IMG/VR virus record: IMGVR_UViG_3300030376_004364
Source of the DNA: an uncultured virus (IMG/VR IMGVR_UViG_3300030376_004364)
Lineage: Duplodnaviria > Heunggongvirae > Uroviricota > Caudoviricetes > Crassvirales
DNA length: 36,756 bases
Strand: one strand, 5' to 3'
Every line of letters begins with the position of its first letter. Positions within the stretch are counted from its first letter, which is position 1. The notes below the pieces were generated by a model. It did no database searches. It was given only the letters and a program-made list of their open reading frames with translations, and had not been told where the DNA came from. The translations under genes and the position numbers were made by a program. Shown here piece after piece: positions 26,354 to 36,756 of the stretch.

Positions 26354-29300
26354 ATGTTTGAATATTTAATTGATAACAAAACAGTAATATTTAATAGCCC
26401 GGAAGAGCTTAATATAGGTATAGCTGAAGCAGAAGAAAAAGGCCTTGAAATAGTATTTGTTTCAGGAGATTTAATGAGCTTAGCAGATGATCCCATAGAA
26501 GGGCCTGTTGAACAACAAGACGATATAATAGGAAAACCGGGTTTTCTCCCAGATGCTGCAAAGAGTGCGGATGTAGTATCGGAAATACTACCAGCACAAG
26601 ATACGGAATTACTCTCGGAAGATGGTTCTTCGGATTCACAAACTGAAGATGATTATGTTAAGAAATTACTAAAGTCTCCTTTTTCAACTATTACAAATGA
26701 AGAAAAAGATTTTGTAGATTCGCATATTAAAAATGTTTTATTTCCCGAAAGAACAGCTCAAACAGGAACTGCTAAAATGATTGGTAAAACATTTGTGGAA
26801 AGAGATGTTTTCCAATTAGAAGATAAATTACCTGGTCAAACTGTAAGCGAGATGGATAAAGAGGGCAAGCTAACTATGCTGACAGCCGAGGCTATTGATG
26901 ATTATTTCGGAAGACAACCTCTCGGGTTTGAAAGACATTTAGATAGCGAACAAATAGAGACAATAGCTTTTAATATTGTAAACGATCTAAAGCAAGCTGA
27001 AATAACTGAACAAAATAATCGCCGAATAAAAGCTGCTAAAAGACTAAAAGATCCAGACGCTTTTGTAGCTACTTCTATTAATAATAGGTTTGACAAAATG
27101 ACTAAGCCTCAGCAAGAGCTTATAGTTGCTAGACAAAATCTTGCTAATACTAATAAAATATTTGAAGGTGAAAACTATAATCAAAAAATGGCTAATTCTC
27201 AAAATATAATAGATCTTGAAGAAAAAGTAGAAATTGCTAGAGACAATTATAAAAAGGGAGCCACAGGTCTTTCGGATATTAACACTGGAAAACAATTAAC
27301 GCCGCCAGAGCTTGCACAATATGAATTAGAGGGTAAAGAAACCGCAGATTATTCCGATCAGGTAAAAGATTTAATGAAATCTTTGCCTACTACTAGCGAA
27401 AAGTTAAAGGCTTCATGGATAGGAAATACTATTGAAATTCAAGAACTCAATGAGGAGTTACAGAATAAAGTAACATTAGTTTCAAAACCTGGCAGAGGGT
27501 TGGGTATACCACGAGAGTATACTTTTGAAGAGTTAATGAATCTTAGAAATGCAGGTACAGACTTAGAAATATTTGATGTAGTTACTGATGCTGATACTAC
27601 TAAAGGTGCAACTATTTCTCAAAGTATTAGCAACAATATGTTTGACAATTACAACAATCGCCGTAGAGCTCTTAATATAAGACAACAAGCTTTAGATGAA
27701 TTGTATTTATATGACATTGACCCTGGATCTGTTGAAAAAAAGGGTACCGGCATACTTTCTCAGTTTGAAAAAACAGCTTTAAAAGCTACTTTTGGCGATG
27801 TTATTGAAGATATTTACCCTCAAACACAAAGAGACTTATTAGATGCTACAGAAAATGTATTTTCAGATTTAGGCATAGAAGCAACTGAAGCTCAAAAAAA
27901 GAATTTCGAAAGAACTTTTGGAATGCAAGTTGGGGAAGGTGTTGGTTATTTTTTCCCTGAATTAGGTAAATTTGCCATAGCTAACGCAATAACCGGAGGC
28001 GTTTTAGGAACTGTTAAAACTATGGTACAAACCGCTAATGGTTGGAAAGCTATTACTTGGGCTAATAGAATAAACCAATTAAAAAGAAGTGGAAGTACTT
28101 TAAATAAAGCAAAAGGCCTAGTGTTCGATGCTATAGTTGAAGAAATTAAATTTAAAGGAGTAACCGGCGGTGAATCTGCAACGGGAGCTGGAGCGGGATT
28201 TGCATTAGGCGGGGCTGGGTTTAGAGCGTTGCCTTTTAAATTAAGCCCTAAAGTATTAAGTTACAGAAACCAAGCTGTAATAAACCCTATATTTAATAAA
28301 ATTGTAGGGGGTGGAATTGGAGGTGCTACATCTTCAGAGGTTGCTTTAGTTGTTGAGGATATGTACAAAGCAGCTACTACCGACAAAGATTTACTTGACC
28401 TACTTAAGAAAAGTTTTGTAGAAGATGCTGATGGCAACGATGTAGACGTTTTAGAAAGATATTTTGTTAATGCTGCTATATTTTCTGCTATAGGGGTTAC
28501 TCACATGAGACCTAAAGATCTTAGAGCAATATCTACTGTTAGAAATTTTAACAATCAATATAAAGGCGAATTAGAATTAGAAAATGCGTTAAGAGCTCAG
28601 AATAAAGGTAAAATGACTGAAGTTGAGTACAATAATACTTTAGATAAGTATTATCAAACTGAAAGCGTTTTAGCTATGGCTGACAAAGGATATAATGATT
28701 TGAACATGTCTCAGATTAGAACTCAACGAGATGCTGCTCAAGAATGGTTAAGCACAGATCCTAGTAAAAGAAATAATGATTTTACAGATGCAGCTCAGGC
28801 TAGAGCTGTTATAAATAAGTACGACCAGTCTATTACTAGAGTAAGATCAGTTGTCAATAAAACATTAGAAAATGTAGGTGAGTCTAATATATTAGGCAAT
28901 GACTTTAAATATAAAATTGTAGATCAAGGCCTTGAAGGAGATAAAGGATTATTTCTTCCAAAGTCAAATGAAATTATAATAAATTTAAGCGAATTTAAAG
29001 CGGGCGTTACCGAACATGAAATTAATCACGCTATTGTTAATAAGCTTATAACATCTAATCCTGAATTAGCTATAGGATTAAGAAAAATAATAGAAGCTGA
29101 TGTATCTACTAAATTAAAAAATATAAAGTTTAATTTAGAAGGCGAAGCTTTAGAATTAAGTGAATGGATAGATAAAAAACACGCCGACAAAGACGAAAGA
29201 GGTAAAGCTGATGAGTATATATCATATTTAACTGAAATGTTTAATAATCCTAAGTACCGAGAAAAACTTGTTGACGTTGGCGTTATAAGCGATTTAAAAA

Positions 29301-32300
29301 ATTCGGTTAGCACGGTAATGGAAAACCTCGGAATGAAAAAAGGTGATTTTGCAGATCGTATAAACTTAAATGAAAATAACTTAAATAGAGCTAGTGATGT
29401 TCTTGCATTTTTTGATCAACTAAGTAATGGAGGCAAAAGAGCTAATAACTGGAGAAGCAAGTTTGATACTTACAATTTATTAGCTACTGATATTAAAAAT
29501 TTAGAATTAGTAGATATTCCTACTGGTAAAAAAGTAGAGAGCATAGAAAAAGGCGTTGAAGAAGTTATGAAATCTAGTAGCATGAAAGAAGTTACAGAAG
29601 ATTTTAAAAACAAAAACTTAGCTAAAATAAATGCTGAGTTTGAAAAAATGAAAGCCGAGGGTCAAGACAATACTTCTATAGGATTTAATATTGGGCTTAA
29701 GTTCCAAGATATAGCTAATAAGACTATGGAATCTTATTTAAAAGCTAAAGATCTTAATATTAACGCTGATACCAAATATGATATTGTTGCGGATTTAATG
29801 TATGAAGCAATACCTAAAGCTGTTAATGCTTATGTAGAGGGCCAAAGATTTATAGATTACGTTAAAGAAAATAACCTTTCTAAAGAAGAAGCTGCTGTTG
29901 AATTTAAAAACAGAAATTTGCGAGAAACTTCTGGAACGGAAAGATTTGACCGTTTATATGGAATGGCTAAGGGCGAAGTTAAGCAAGCAACTATTACGTC
30001 GTATATTTTAGGTAATTTAACTAATCAATTAATAGGTGTTTTTAAAATGCCTAAATACGAAGGTATATTTAAAAATGTTTCTTTTGATTCTCAAAAAGTT
30101 GATAAACTACAAGCTGAAGGTGAATTAGATATTCCGGTATCAGAACAAGGGTTTGTAGATATTTCTTCTCCGGTTCAAAAAGTACAAAGAACTAGAAAGT
30201 CAGCGGAAAGCATGCTTGGCTTATCCGAAAAAACTAAGACTAAAGTTAGTGATGTAGTTAGTGAAATGCTTAAGCAACCCATAAAAGATTTAGATGCTAA
30301 ATTTATAGGAAACATTGATGCTGGCCCCGCCGGAAAATTTAATATAGTTATGTTAGAGGGCAACAAAGCTAGAGTAACATATCCTAACGGCAAACAAGAA
30401 ATAATGCTGGGAGCTAGATCCGCTAAACCTATTGTATTAAAAATTATAAAAAAGCTTAAATCAGACGCCTTTCAAAGACTGAGAGCTCCTAAAGCTACAG
30501 AAGCTGAAAAAGCTAAGGCTCAAGAAGAATTTAATGTGTATAGCAAATTGATGGATAATCCACCTAAATTTGTAAAAGATAAAATATTAAAAACTGATTT
30601 AGGACTTACTGTTGAAAAAGGAGTGTATGAAGAAATGTCTAAAGATGCAGGAGAATTAGGAACTCCAGAGTATCAAGGTTTTATTGATAGATCATTTCCG
30701 TTGTTTAAAACTTATTTAAGTCAAAGAGCTATAAACAAAAGATTTCCAGAGTTTAAAGAGCCTTTAGTGGGTCCTGACGGAAAACAAATAAGGGCTAAAA
30801 CAGCAGCCGGAGCACCATTATTTCTTAAAAAAGATATAACTTTAGCAGAATGGAGAAAGTATTTCACAGGAAAAGACAGTCCAGATTTACAGCTTAGAAG
30901 GACATCGTTATTAGAAGCACTTTCTAGAGAGTTAGGATTTGATAGAGTTATGGAAGTAACTGTTGATGCTGAGCTTAGAAAGCAATTAGAAAATGATCAA
31001 AGAGCTATTGGAAATGAATTAGAAGACGCTTATGTAGCTTTGTTTCAAAGAGCAGTTGATAGAGGAATTAAAGATGGGGGAATGGCTTCTTCCGCATTAG
31101 TAGAGTATTCGGAAACTTCAGGAAAAAAATTAAAAGATATTCAGGAAAGATGGGTAGGTTTATTTACTCCAGGTGAAGAATTAAATCTTGAAAAGCTTAA
31201 AAAAGATAGCCCTTCTGACTTTGAGTTTTTTACAGAAATAATTAATAGAACCCATGGTTTTGGTTATGATGATTTAGCTGTAAAAGAAAAAGCGCTTTTA
31301 GGAAAAAAACTAAGGAACCAAGGAGTTGGTGATCCTGTAGTACTTGAAGGAATTCTTACAGATCCTAATAAAGCAATGTCTGATAGAACCCAGCAGGAAA
31401 GAGAAGCATTAGGCGAAACAATGGCTGTGTTTGAAAAACTAGCTTCCGAAGTTGTGGTTGGCGCATCAACTAGTCAGAACAGTAATTTGAAAAGACTTTT
31501 GCCTAATATGCTTGGTTTTACTAGCCGTCCAGATATAAACATTAAAGACAAAAAAGTTAATGCCGAAGAATATGAAAGTATAATAGAAAAAGTAAAAGCA
31601 AATTCTAAAATACTTTCTGAAATAGAAGCTTCTACGGAATTAAAGGCGGCTTGGAAAAAAGTTGAAGATTTATTAATTGAAACATCTTTAGTTGGCCTAA
31701 ATGCTAAAGGAAAAAAAGATATAAGTGGAACTTTTTTAACTAATACTTTTAATCGTAATATTGACGCTTTTATTAATGAATTTAACAAAATACAAGAATT
31801 ACCTAGAAAGTACAAAGAAACAGAAATAGCGGCTATAAATAGAAGAATTGAACTTTTAGATAAATATGCTAAAACACCCGAAGGTAAAGCTGCGATTAAA
31901 GATATTAAATTCAAAGATGCTTTATTAAATGCTTCGCTTTTAACCTTTGGAGAAATGTTTGAGTTTAGTGGCAAATTACAGAAAGCAAAGGTTGCAGACT
32001 TACTTGCTTCAACACTTCTAAATAACGATGGAGTAGGCTTTAGAGCTTTTTCTTCCCAAAGATATTTTGCGTTTACGGGAGAATCTTCTCCTACTATAAC
32101 TACGCCTACAGCTTTTGATCCTGTTACTAACAAAAAATTAACAAAAAAAGAAATAAAAGAATATACTGAAGATAATAAAGAAATAAAATACAAAAACATA
32201 AAAAGTAGAGCTACTGCTAAAAATGAGCATTTAAATCCAAAACAAAAATTTGGAGTTAGGGTTTTAGAGGCACTTATGAATAACGACTTAACAAATCCTG

Positions 32301-35294
32301 AAGTTGTTAAAGCATTGACCTCTGGATATAATAGTTTGTACGGCTCTGAAAGATATCAAGTAATAGCGGACAGTAGAATTGGAGCTGTTACATATTTGCC
32401 TAGCTATAAAAAAATGATAGCAGCTACGGCTAAGCCTACTAAAAAAGATGCTAGAAGAGTACGGAAAATGGTAGAGGGAAAACTAACATCTAAGGACCTA
32501 GATGCGCTATCTAGAATATATGATATAATTACTAAAAAAAGTGCGTTAGAAGAGCTTATATCAGACACAACAGCTAATTTAGACGCTGCAATTATAAAAG
32601 CTAATGCTAAGGCTGTAAAAAATAATGCAGAGCTTTTTAAATCCAGTAAAATGGAAGAGTCTGATAATCTTTCGACCAAGCAACAACTAGATCAATTAGA
32701 AAGTAAAATAGACAGAAAAAGACTTCAGATAACTGATAAAAAAACAGGTGAAGTAAGATTTGAAGGTGACAAAGAATATAAAACTAGAATGGAAGAACTG
32801 GAAGCTACTTCCCCAGAATTATTTTTACCTAAAGAGCTTGCTGGAATGATAGAGCGAAAAGGTGGGGCAAAAGCAGAAGACGAGGTATCCGATTCTAAAG
32901 CTTTCATGGAAGGTAAAAAAAGACGAGATGATTTCTTTTTGCCATCTAATTCTGAAGATCTTCAAGGCTTATTATATAAAGTTTATGGTAAAGGCAAGCA
33001 AGGAGAAAAAGATATGGCCTTTATAAAAGAACATATACTTAGGCCATTGACTAGAGCTGAGAACGATTTAAGTGTTTATAGAATGAATCTAGTAGTAGAT
33101 TATAAAACACTTGAAGCTAAAATGAAGAAGCTTGGAGATAATAAAGCCGAAAGAGCAGCGGTTAAAAGAGTAGAAAAACTTGGATATAACATTGATCAAG
33201 CAGTAAGAGTTTATATATGGAATAGGTTAGGTGAAAAAATTCCTGGCATTTCAGAGGTTGAAGTTGCTCAATTAGCAGGGGCAGTTCATAACTCGCCAAG
33301 ACTTCAAGCTTATGCTAAAGGTATAATGAACATAACAAAAACAACACAGCAATATCCTAAACCTACAGCAAATTGGTTTAGAAGTAATGTTCAATATGAC
33401 CTGTTTACTTATGCTACTGATGGAGTACGTGCTGATTTTTTAGCTCCTTGGCAAGCTAATGTAGACGCTATGTTTAATAAACAAAATCTAAACAAGTTAG
33501 AAGCCAGGTTCGGAGGCGAGTATGTAAAAAATCTTAAGCAAATGCTTAAAAGAATTGAGCGTGGTAAATCAAGACCCGAAAGTACTAATGACTCTTTTAA
33601 CAGAGCTTTAAACTATGTTAATGGGTCCGTAGCTACTATTATGTTTTTAAACATGCGATCCGCTGCTTTACAAACTATATCCGCAGCTAACTATGTCAAC
33701 TGGACAGATAACAATCCTGTTGCTATAGGTAAAGTTATTGCGGAAAACCCTGCTGAATTTATAAGAGTTGCTAAAAAAATATGGAGCTCCGATGCACTTA
33801 AAGATAGAAGATCTGGCCTTAGAATAAATGTAGAAGAAGCTGAAATGGCTAGAGCTATAAACCAAGGTGGCAGAACAAATCTTCAGGGTTTGTGGGATAC
33901 TATGGTTAAAGTAGGGTTTAAACCTACTCAAATGGCAGATAGTTTTGCTATTGTAACAGGGGGTACTCCTTTTTACATGAACAGAATGAAAACTTATGAA
34001 AAGCAAGGACTAAGCAAAAGCGAGGCAGAAAACAAAGCTTTTGAAGACTTTTTAGATGTTACTCAAGAAGGACAGCAATCATCACAAATGGACCGCGTTT
34101 CTAATATACAAACAGGTTTAATGGGTAGGTTAGTGTTTGCGTTTAATAATACGCCATTTCAAATGTCTAGAATACAAAAGAAAGCTGCTCTTGATTTAAT
34201 TAACAGAAGGGGTAGTGACCGTGCTAACGCATCAAGGCTAGCATATTATGCTTTTATACAAAGTACTTTGTTTTACGGATTACAACAAGGATTTTATGCA
34301 ACCCTTATGTCTGACGATGACGACAAATTAACAGAAAAACAACAAGAAGAAAAATATAAAGACTTTGAAAAAAGAATAGATAAGTTAGGTAAAAGTGTGT
34401 TTCAGGGAATATTAACAGGTTCCGGAATGTACGGAAAAGGAATAGTAACTTTGTATAATACTGTAGACAAGGCAATTGAAGAATATGATAAAGGCTATCA
34501 AGGTAAAGACTTTTTTCCTATATTAAACGAGTTTCTATCATTTTCTCCAACTCTTGGAAGTAAAGCTAGTAGGCTAGGTAGAAACTGGGAAAGTTTAATA
34601 TACACTGACTTTACTAAAAAAGGTAGGGAGATTAGAAATACTTATAGTGATTTTGACCCTAGAAACCCTAATGCTAAGGCTTATTTATCCATGTTTGGAA
34701 CCTTGACTAATATACCTTTAGATAGAATTGTTACTAAAATGGAAAACATCCAGGGAGTTCTTGATGACCAGTCTTCCGGCTGGGAAAAAGTTGCAATGGC
34801 ACTTGGTACCCCAAAATATCAACTGCAAACTAAAGAGCAAAATAAAGCTGATAGACAAGCAAGAATAGATAAATTTTATAAAGAAAATACGCCTAAAGGT
34901 GATCGCGATAGAAATGCTATAGATGATTTAACAAAAGCTGAACAAGAGGNNNNNNNNNNAAGCGTTTATATTAGATTTAGGTATTACACGTAAAAAACTT
35001 AAGTCACTTACAAACGAAGAAGATAGAATTAATTATATTATATTAAAAGGCTTACAACAAGGTCTTGATTTAGAATTAGAAGCAGAAAATTATATTAAAC
35101 CTAAAAAAGAAAGAAGCCAAACTTATAAAGATTTAGCTGAGCTTAAAAAGTCAGAGCAAGTAGATTTATTAATAAGATTAGGTGTAACTCGTAGAGAATT
35201 GAAAGCTGCAAATAATGAAGAAAAAAGAATTGAGCTTATAATAAAAAAAGAACAACAAAAAACAAATAAAAATAAACAAAACTCTTTAAAATAA
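26354..35294 (+). CDS. Giant internal virion / ejection (polyvalent-type) protein, ~2975 aa, with zincin metallopeptidase motif
   Basis: Open from 26354 to the N gap. After the gap a frame from 34962 stays open to TAA 35292-35294, 7 nt before the next ATG. HEINH at 29015-29029; Gly-rich hydrophobic segments at ~27930-28500. Confidence 0.8.
34950..34959. other. Assembly gap (10 N)
   Basis: Run of N; the placeholder length shifts the frame of the giant ORF. Confidence 1.
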
Positions 35295-35301
35295 AATCCT
35301 T

Positions 35302-35580
35302 ATGAACTTAAGTGAAAAAACACAAGTAACCTTAGATTTAAAAACAATAGGGATAGTTATCGGAGGAGCTATCTCTTTGGCAACATTATATTTTACATTA
35401 CAAAAAGATATAGAGCTTGCTAAAGAGCTGCCGAAGCCTACTATTACAAGAACGGAATATGATCTTAAAGATCAGTTAGTTCGAGAAACAATTATGAACA
35501 CCCAGGAAAAGGTTCAAGAGAATAGCGATAAATTAGATAAAATAGACGAAAAGCTGTATGAAATAATAGAAAAAAAATAG
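35302..35580 (+). CDS. Single-pass membrane protein with C-terminal coiled coil
   Basis: TM segment IGIVIGGAISLATLYFTL, then a heptad-rich tail. Confidence 0.8.
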   Translation: MNLSEKTQVTLDLKTIGIVIGGAISLATLYFTLQKDIELAKELPKPTITRTEYDLKDQLVRETIMNTQEKVQENSDKLDKIDEKLYEIIEKK

Positions 35581-35582
35581 CC

Positions 35583-35912
35583 ATGAAAAAAATTATAATT
35601 TTAATAACTTTACTAGCATGTTTGAATTCTTATAGTCAAGATTTTACTTTACTTGAAATAAACGCAAAGTGGAATAAACATAATAATATACCTGTTAATA
35701 AAATAGCAAATATTAAAATACAGTTTGCATGGTTAGAAGATCAGCCTGCTTCTATCCAAAGAAGTGTAATTTCTGTACCAACTTTAATATTAATGAATGA
35801 TGGTAAAAGTGTTGCTCAATGGAGAGCTGGAATAAATCTTAAATTAAAAATTACAGAAGAAGAAGTTTTAAAAGCAATAGAAATATTTAACAAAAGAAAA
35901 AACAAATCATGA
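35583..35912 (+). CDS. Exported thioredoxin-like protein lacking CxxC
   Basis: Signal peptide MKKIIILITLLACLNSYS-Q; LLEINAKWN in place of F.A.WC; cis-Pro loop VISVPTLILMNDGK. Confidence 0.6.
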   Translation: MKKIIILITLLACLNSYSQDFTLLEINAKWNKHNNIPVNKIANIKIQFAWLEDQPASIQRSVISVPTLILMNDGKSVAQWRAGINLKLKITEEEVLKAIEIFNKRKNKS

Positions 35913-36013
35913 CTGACCAAAAGAAAAAATCAAAGTTCAAACAATTTATTATATGGCTAATGAGTAAATGGAACTCATTACTTTATTTATTAATGTTTAA
36001 AAATTACGATTAA
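35909..36013 (+). CDS. Small basic/hydrophobic peptide (34 aa), not in ORF track
   Basis: MTDQKKKSKFKQFIIWLMSKWNSLLYLLMFKNYD; ATGA overlap with the upstream gene. Confidence 0.6.
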   Translation: MTDQKKKSKFKQFIIWLMSKWNSLLYLLMFKNYD

Positions 36014-36057
36014 AATAGAATTAAACAAAACAGGCTACCACACCTTAAAAATTCTAT

Positions 36058-36098
36058 AATAAAAAAGCCGCTACAATTAAGTAACGGCTTTTTTTATT
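36058..36098. terminator. Bidirectional Rho-independent terminator between convergent transcription units
   Basis: AATAAAAAAGCCGCTAC-AATTAA-GTAACGGCTTTTTTTATT, with A and T tracts on both sides. Confidence 0.9.
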
Positions 36099-36755
36099 TT
36101 AAGTAATCTCACATGCACCACCCGCACAAGCAAGCTCTCCAGATAGATCAGTTTCGTCTTCTTCCTCTTCAATTTTAGAAATATCTACTAATTTTAATGT
36201 TTCCATCATTTCATTATACTTAGCTTCATCAATATCTTCAAAAGGGGCTTGTACATAAGTACCTCCATTGTAAGGTAATACAGATAGACCATTGTAAAAT
36301 TCTTTATTATCCCACATCCAATCACCAATAATTTCCCATTCGTCTTCTTTAATAGATATTGTAGCAGATATATTATGTGTATTTCTACCACTTCTATGAC
36401 CAGGTTTAACCCACATTTCAGATACAAATTTTACACGCTCTAACAATTCTAAAGGATGCTCTGTTCTGAGCATAGATCCTTCTGGTGCTTTCTGTGGTAT
36501 TGATATTACTGCGGTGTCATGAGGTCTAAAATATTCATCTTCAATCAATTCCGGATGGTTTTCTGATAAAAATTTATACATGGATTCATTCTTACCTACA
36601 CGTATTCTACGGATATAATAATCATTATGCCAAGCATGAATACCCGATGATGTCCCTAGTGTTAATGATGTAGTCCCCGCAGGCTTAACAGTTGTTGATC
36701 TTGCCGATGCATTTATACCTATTAACTTAGCTACTCTTTTATTTTCTTTCTTAAC
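36099..36755 (-). CDS. nrdJ: Class II (adenosylcobalamin-dependent, monomeric RTPR-type) ribonucleotide reductase, C-terminal fragment
   Basis: Frame is open from the window end: ...ARSTTVKPAGTTSLTLGTSSGIHAWH...YIRRIR, THNISATI, GLSVLP, YVQAPFEDI and C-terminal redox pair CAGGAC. Confidence 0.88.
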   Translation of the reverse strand, partial: VKKENKRVAKLIGINASARSTTVKPAGTTSLTLGTSSGIHAWHNDYYIRRIRVGKNESMYKFLSENHPELIEDEYFRPHDTAVISIPQKAPEGSMLRTEHPLELLERVKFVSEMWVKPGHRSGRNTHNISATISIKEDEWEIIGDWMWDNKEFYNGLSVLPYNGGTYVQAPFEDIDEAKYNEMMETLKLVDISKIEEEEDETDLSGELACAGGACEIT

Positions 36756-36756
36756 T

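Noticed and set aside
31474..32199. 241-aa antisense ORF, and other short antisense or alternate-frame ORFs inside terL, portal, tail and the giant gene
   Set aside because: Shadows arising from codon bias; no recognisable motifs or initiation context.
32215..32400. HNH-like EHxxP motif (KNEHLNP) in the giant protein
   Set aside because: No downstream Asn/His pattern that I can support; too short to call.
34950..34993. Frameshift or pseudogenisation of the giant gene
   Set aside because: The frame change coincides with the 10-N placeholder, so it is an assembly artefact.
26354..35294. crAss-type virion RNA polymerase
   Set aside because: No DxDxD/DFDID catalytic motif found; the closest strings (DADGND, DDDD) do not fit. 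A profile search would be needed to exclude it fully.

Overview
AT-rich virion and morphogenesis region of a tailed (podovirus-type) phage, from an assembly with a 10-N gap at 34950-34959. It probably infects Bacteroidota/Flavobacteriia: leaders are A-rich and lack Shine-Dalgarno sites, one signal peptide fits the Bacteroidota 'Q-rule', and the terminase, portal, capsid and tail genes are crAss-like/Cellulophaga-phage-like. Nearly all genes are on the + strand. In order: groEL (3' end), groES, a wHTH gene, an M15 peptidase endolysin, five translationally coupled Lys/Arg-rich microproteins (three missed by the ORF track), a 3TM-type holin, a head-spike-base-like gene, small virion genes, a tandem GroES-like gene, terS?/terL, portal, scaffold, major capsid protein, two tail ring proteins, a split tail stabilization (muzzle-like) protein, a cupin, three ejection-type proteins (the last ~2975 aa, with a zincin HExxH and a possible sigma-region-2-like segment), and a small membrane/secreted cluster. 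These converge on a bidirectional terminator with a class II ribonucleotide reductase on the - strand. The best novelty candidates are the cationic two-cysteine microprotein array inside the lysis cassette, an H-type pseudoknot followed by a (TAAACA)n leader, and the giant ejection protein. All family assignments come from motif recognition by eye; no searches were run.
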